Below are positions 62,570 through 64,000 of a DNA stretch of 64,000 bases, one piece after another. Both the position numbers and the translations under genes were made by a program. The stretch is from Mustelus asterias (Eukaryota): the NCBI RefSeq assembly GCF_964213995.1, contig NC_135819.1, positions 46,438,001 through 46,502,000 of the forward strand. The letters are read 5' to 3'. Numbering within the stretch: the stretch's first letter is position 1; every line of letters begins with the position of its first letter. Below the pieces are notes generated by a model. The model was not told the origin of the DNA and ran no database searches. It worked only from the letters and a program-made list of their open reading frames with translations.

Positions 62570-63630
62570 CTTGGAATCAGAGTCATCTACAGCACAAGAG
62601 GAGGCTATTCAGCCCATCAAGTCCATGCCAGCTCTTTGCAGAACAATGCACCCAGTCTCACTCCATTCCTCCATCCCCATGACCCTGAAGGTTTATTTCC
62701 TTCCAATGTCCATTCAATTTCCTTTGCAAATCATAGATTATTTCCGCTTCCACCACCCTCCTGAGCAGCATTAACACTCACTGTGAAAAAAGGTTCCTTT
62801 TCACATCTCCTGCCCAAAACCTTAAAAATGTGTCCCCTCGTCCTTGCACCATCAGCTAATGGGAATGGGTTTTTCTAGCCTACCTTATCCAAGCCTGTAA
62901 TAATTTGGCTAGATCCCTTCTCATTGAATTGTCATTAGTCATCTTCCAAGCCAGACCTACTTTACACCATTCCTCATTTTTCTCCATTGCTATTATAAAC
63001 CTTATGATATGATGGTCACTCTTGCCCAAATGGTCTCCCCCACTGACACTTTGTCTGCTTTATCCACCTCATTTTCCAGCACCAGATCCAGCAATGCCTC
63101 CATTCTAGTTGGGCTTAGAACATGCTGATCAAGATCCTGAACACATTTCAGAAATTCCTCCTCCCAAATATTGATTGGGATACAATCCCTCAATATCACC
63201 ACTCACAGAATGGTTACAGTACAGAATGTGGTCATTTGCCTGTAAATGTCTGTACTAGCTCTCCGAAGGGGCAAGTGACAAAGTGCCAGTTCCTGGCCTC
63301 TCCCCATAGCTCTGCACATTCTTCCTCTCTGAAAATAAATTAAATCTGGAATTGCATATTTCTTAGATTTCCCTGAAATTTGTTTCTCTACTTTTCTCGC
63401 TCACACACACACTATTTGGAGGCTCAGTAGCATGATCATACCCTTTTTACTTCTCGACTCTAACCAAATGCCTTCTGCCCTTGCCCCCTCAAGAAAATCC
63501 CCTCTTTCCAACACCACAATGTCTTCCTTAAATCAGTACTGCTGCCGCTCCTTCCCCTTTTGCCTCCCTATCTTTTCTGAACACTTTTTACATCCTTGAA
63601 TATGAAACACTTTCTCATAATTTTTAAGCC
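62570..63630 (-). mobile_element. Degraded CR1 fragments (3' tail and endonuclease pieces)
   Basis: EEFLKCVQD..QHV..PTR.EALLDLVL motif; CR1 tails at ~62575 and ~63205. Confidence 0.7.
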
Positions 63631-64000
63631 ACTGTTTTTACAGGAACCGTTGATGATTACTAAGGAGTAATTACATTTCACTTGATTCAACTGCACTTTT
63701 GCTTGGCTACTTAGATCTTACGAAAGGCAGTAATTCCCTTGAAATCAGTGGGGAAGCAACAAGTTTATTTTTAGTTTCTGTCACTTAGTTATCAAGATAA
63801 TGGTCAGAACGAGACCCACACAATTAACCCATGATTCCAGATTTCCCTTCCTTGCTCCTCACTTTAATGAGTATTACTTGATGCTGTTGAAAGTCTGGAA
63901 TTCAATGCTAGAAAATCACCATCCCAGAGAGATATGAGGAATTTTAGCAGCAGGAAGAATAAAAACAGAGTGAAGAAGCAAAGCTATATTGTCAGTGATG

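Noticed and set aside
54353-64000. BLTP3B first coding exon (MAGIIKKQILKHLS) and promoter
   Set aside because: No matching sequence or CpG island was seen; it probably lies beyond the window.

Overview
Vertebrate genomic DNA, very probably a shark or other cartilaginous fish, judging by HE1-type V-SINEs and HER1/CR1 LINEs. The whole window lies inside one minus-strand gene, BLTP3B (UHRF1BP1L/SHIP164). Eleven consecutive GT-AG coding exons (about exons 2-12) splice in frame from 54352 down to 2654; the first exon and the 3' exons were not found in the window. The introns are packed with CR1 LINEs, SINEs, Rex1 and L2 fragments, probable solo LTRs and Penelope-like elements. Highlights: (1) a U_UUA_AAC -1 frameshift heptamer placed exactly at the ORF1 stop of both full-length CR1s, leading into an ORF2 that has no usable AUG; (2) a near-intact chimeric CR1 that joins one family's 5'UTR/ORF1 to another family's ORF2; (3) four Penelope-derived insertions of one family (solo tail, mini hairpin, solo pLTR, 1.1-kb palindrome), three with hammerhead ribozyme cores, all with target-site duplications and all inside CR1 copies; (4) an internally deleted SDHAF2-like retrocopy absent from the ORF track. 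Repeat boundaries were read by eye and are approximate; protein family assignments are from recalled sequences, not database searches.
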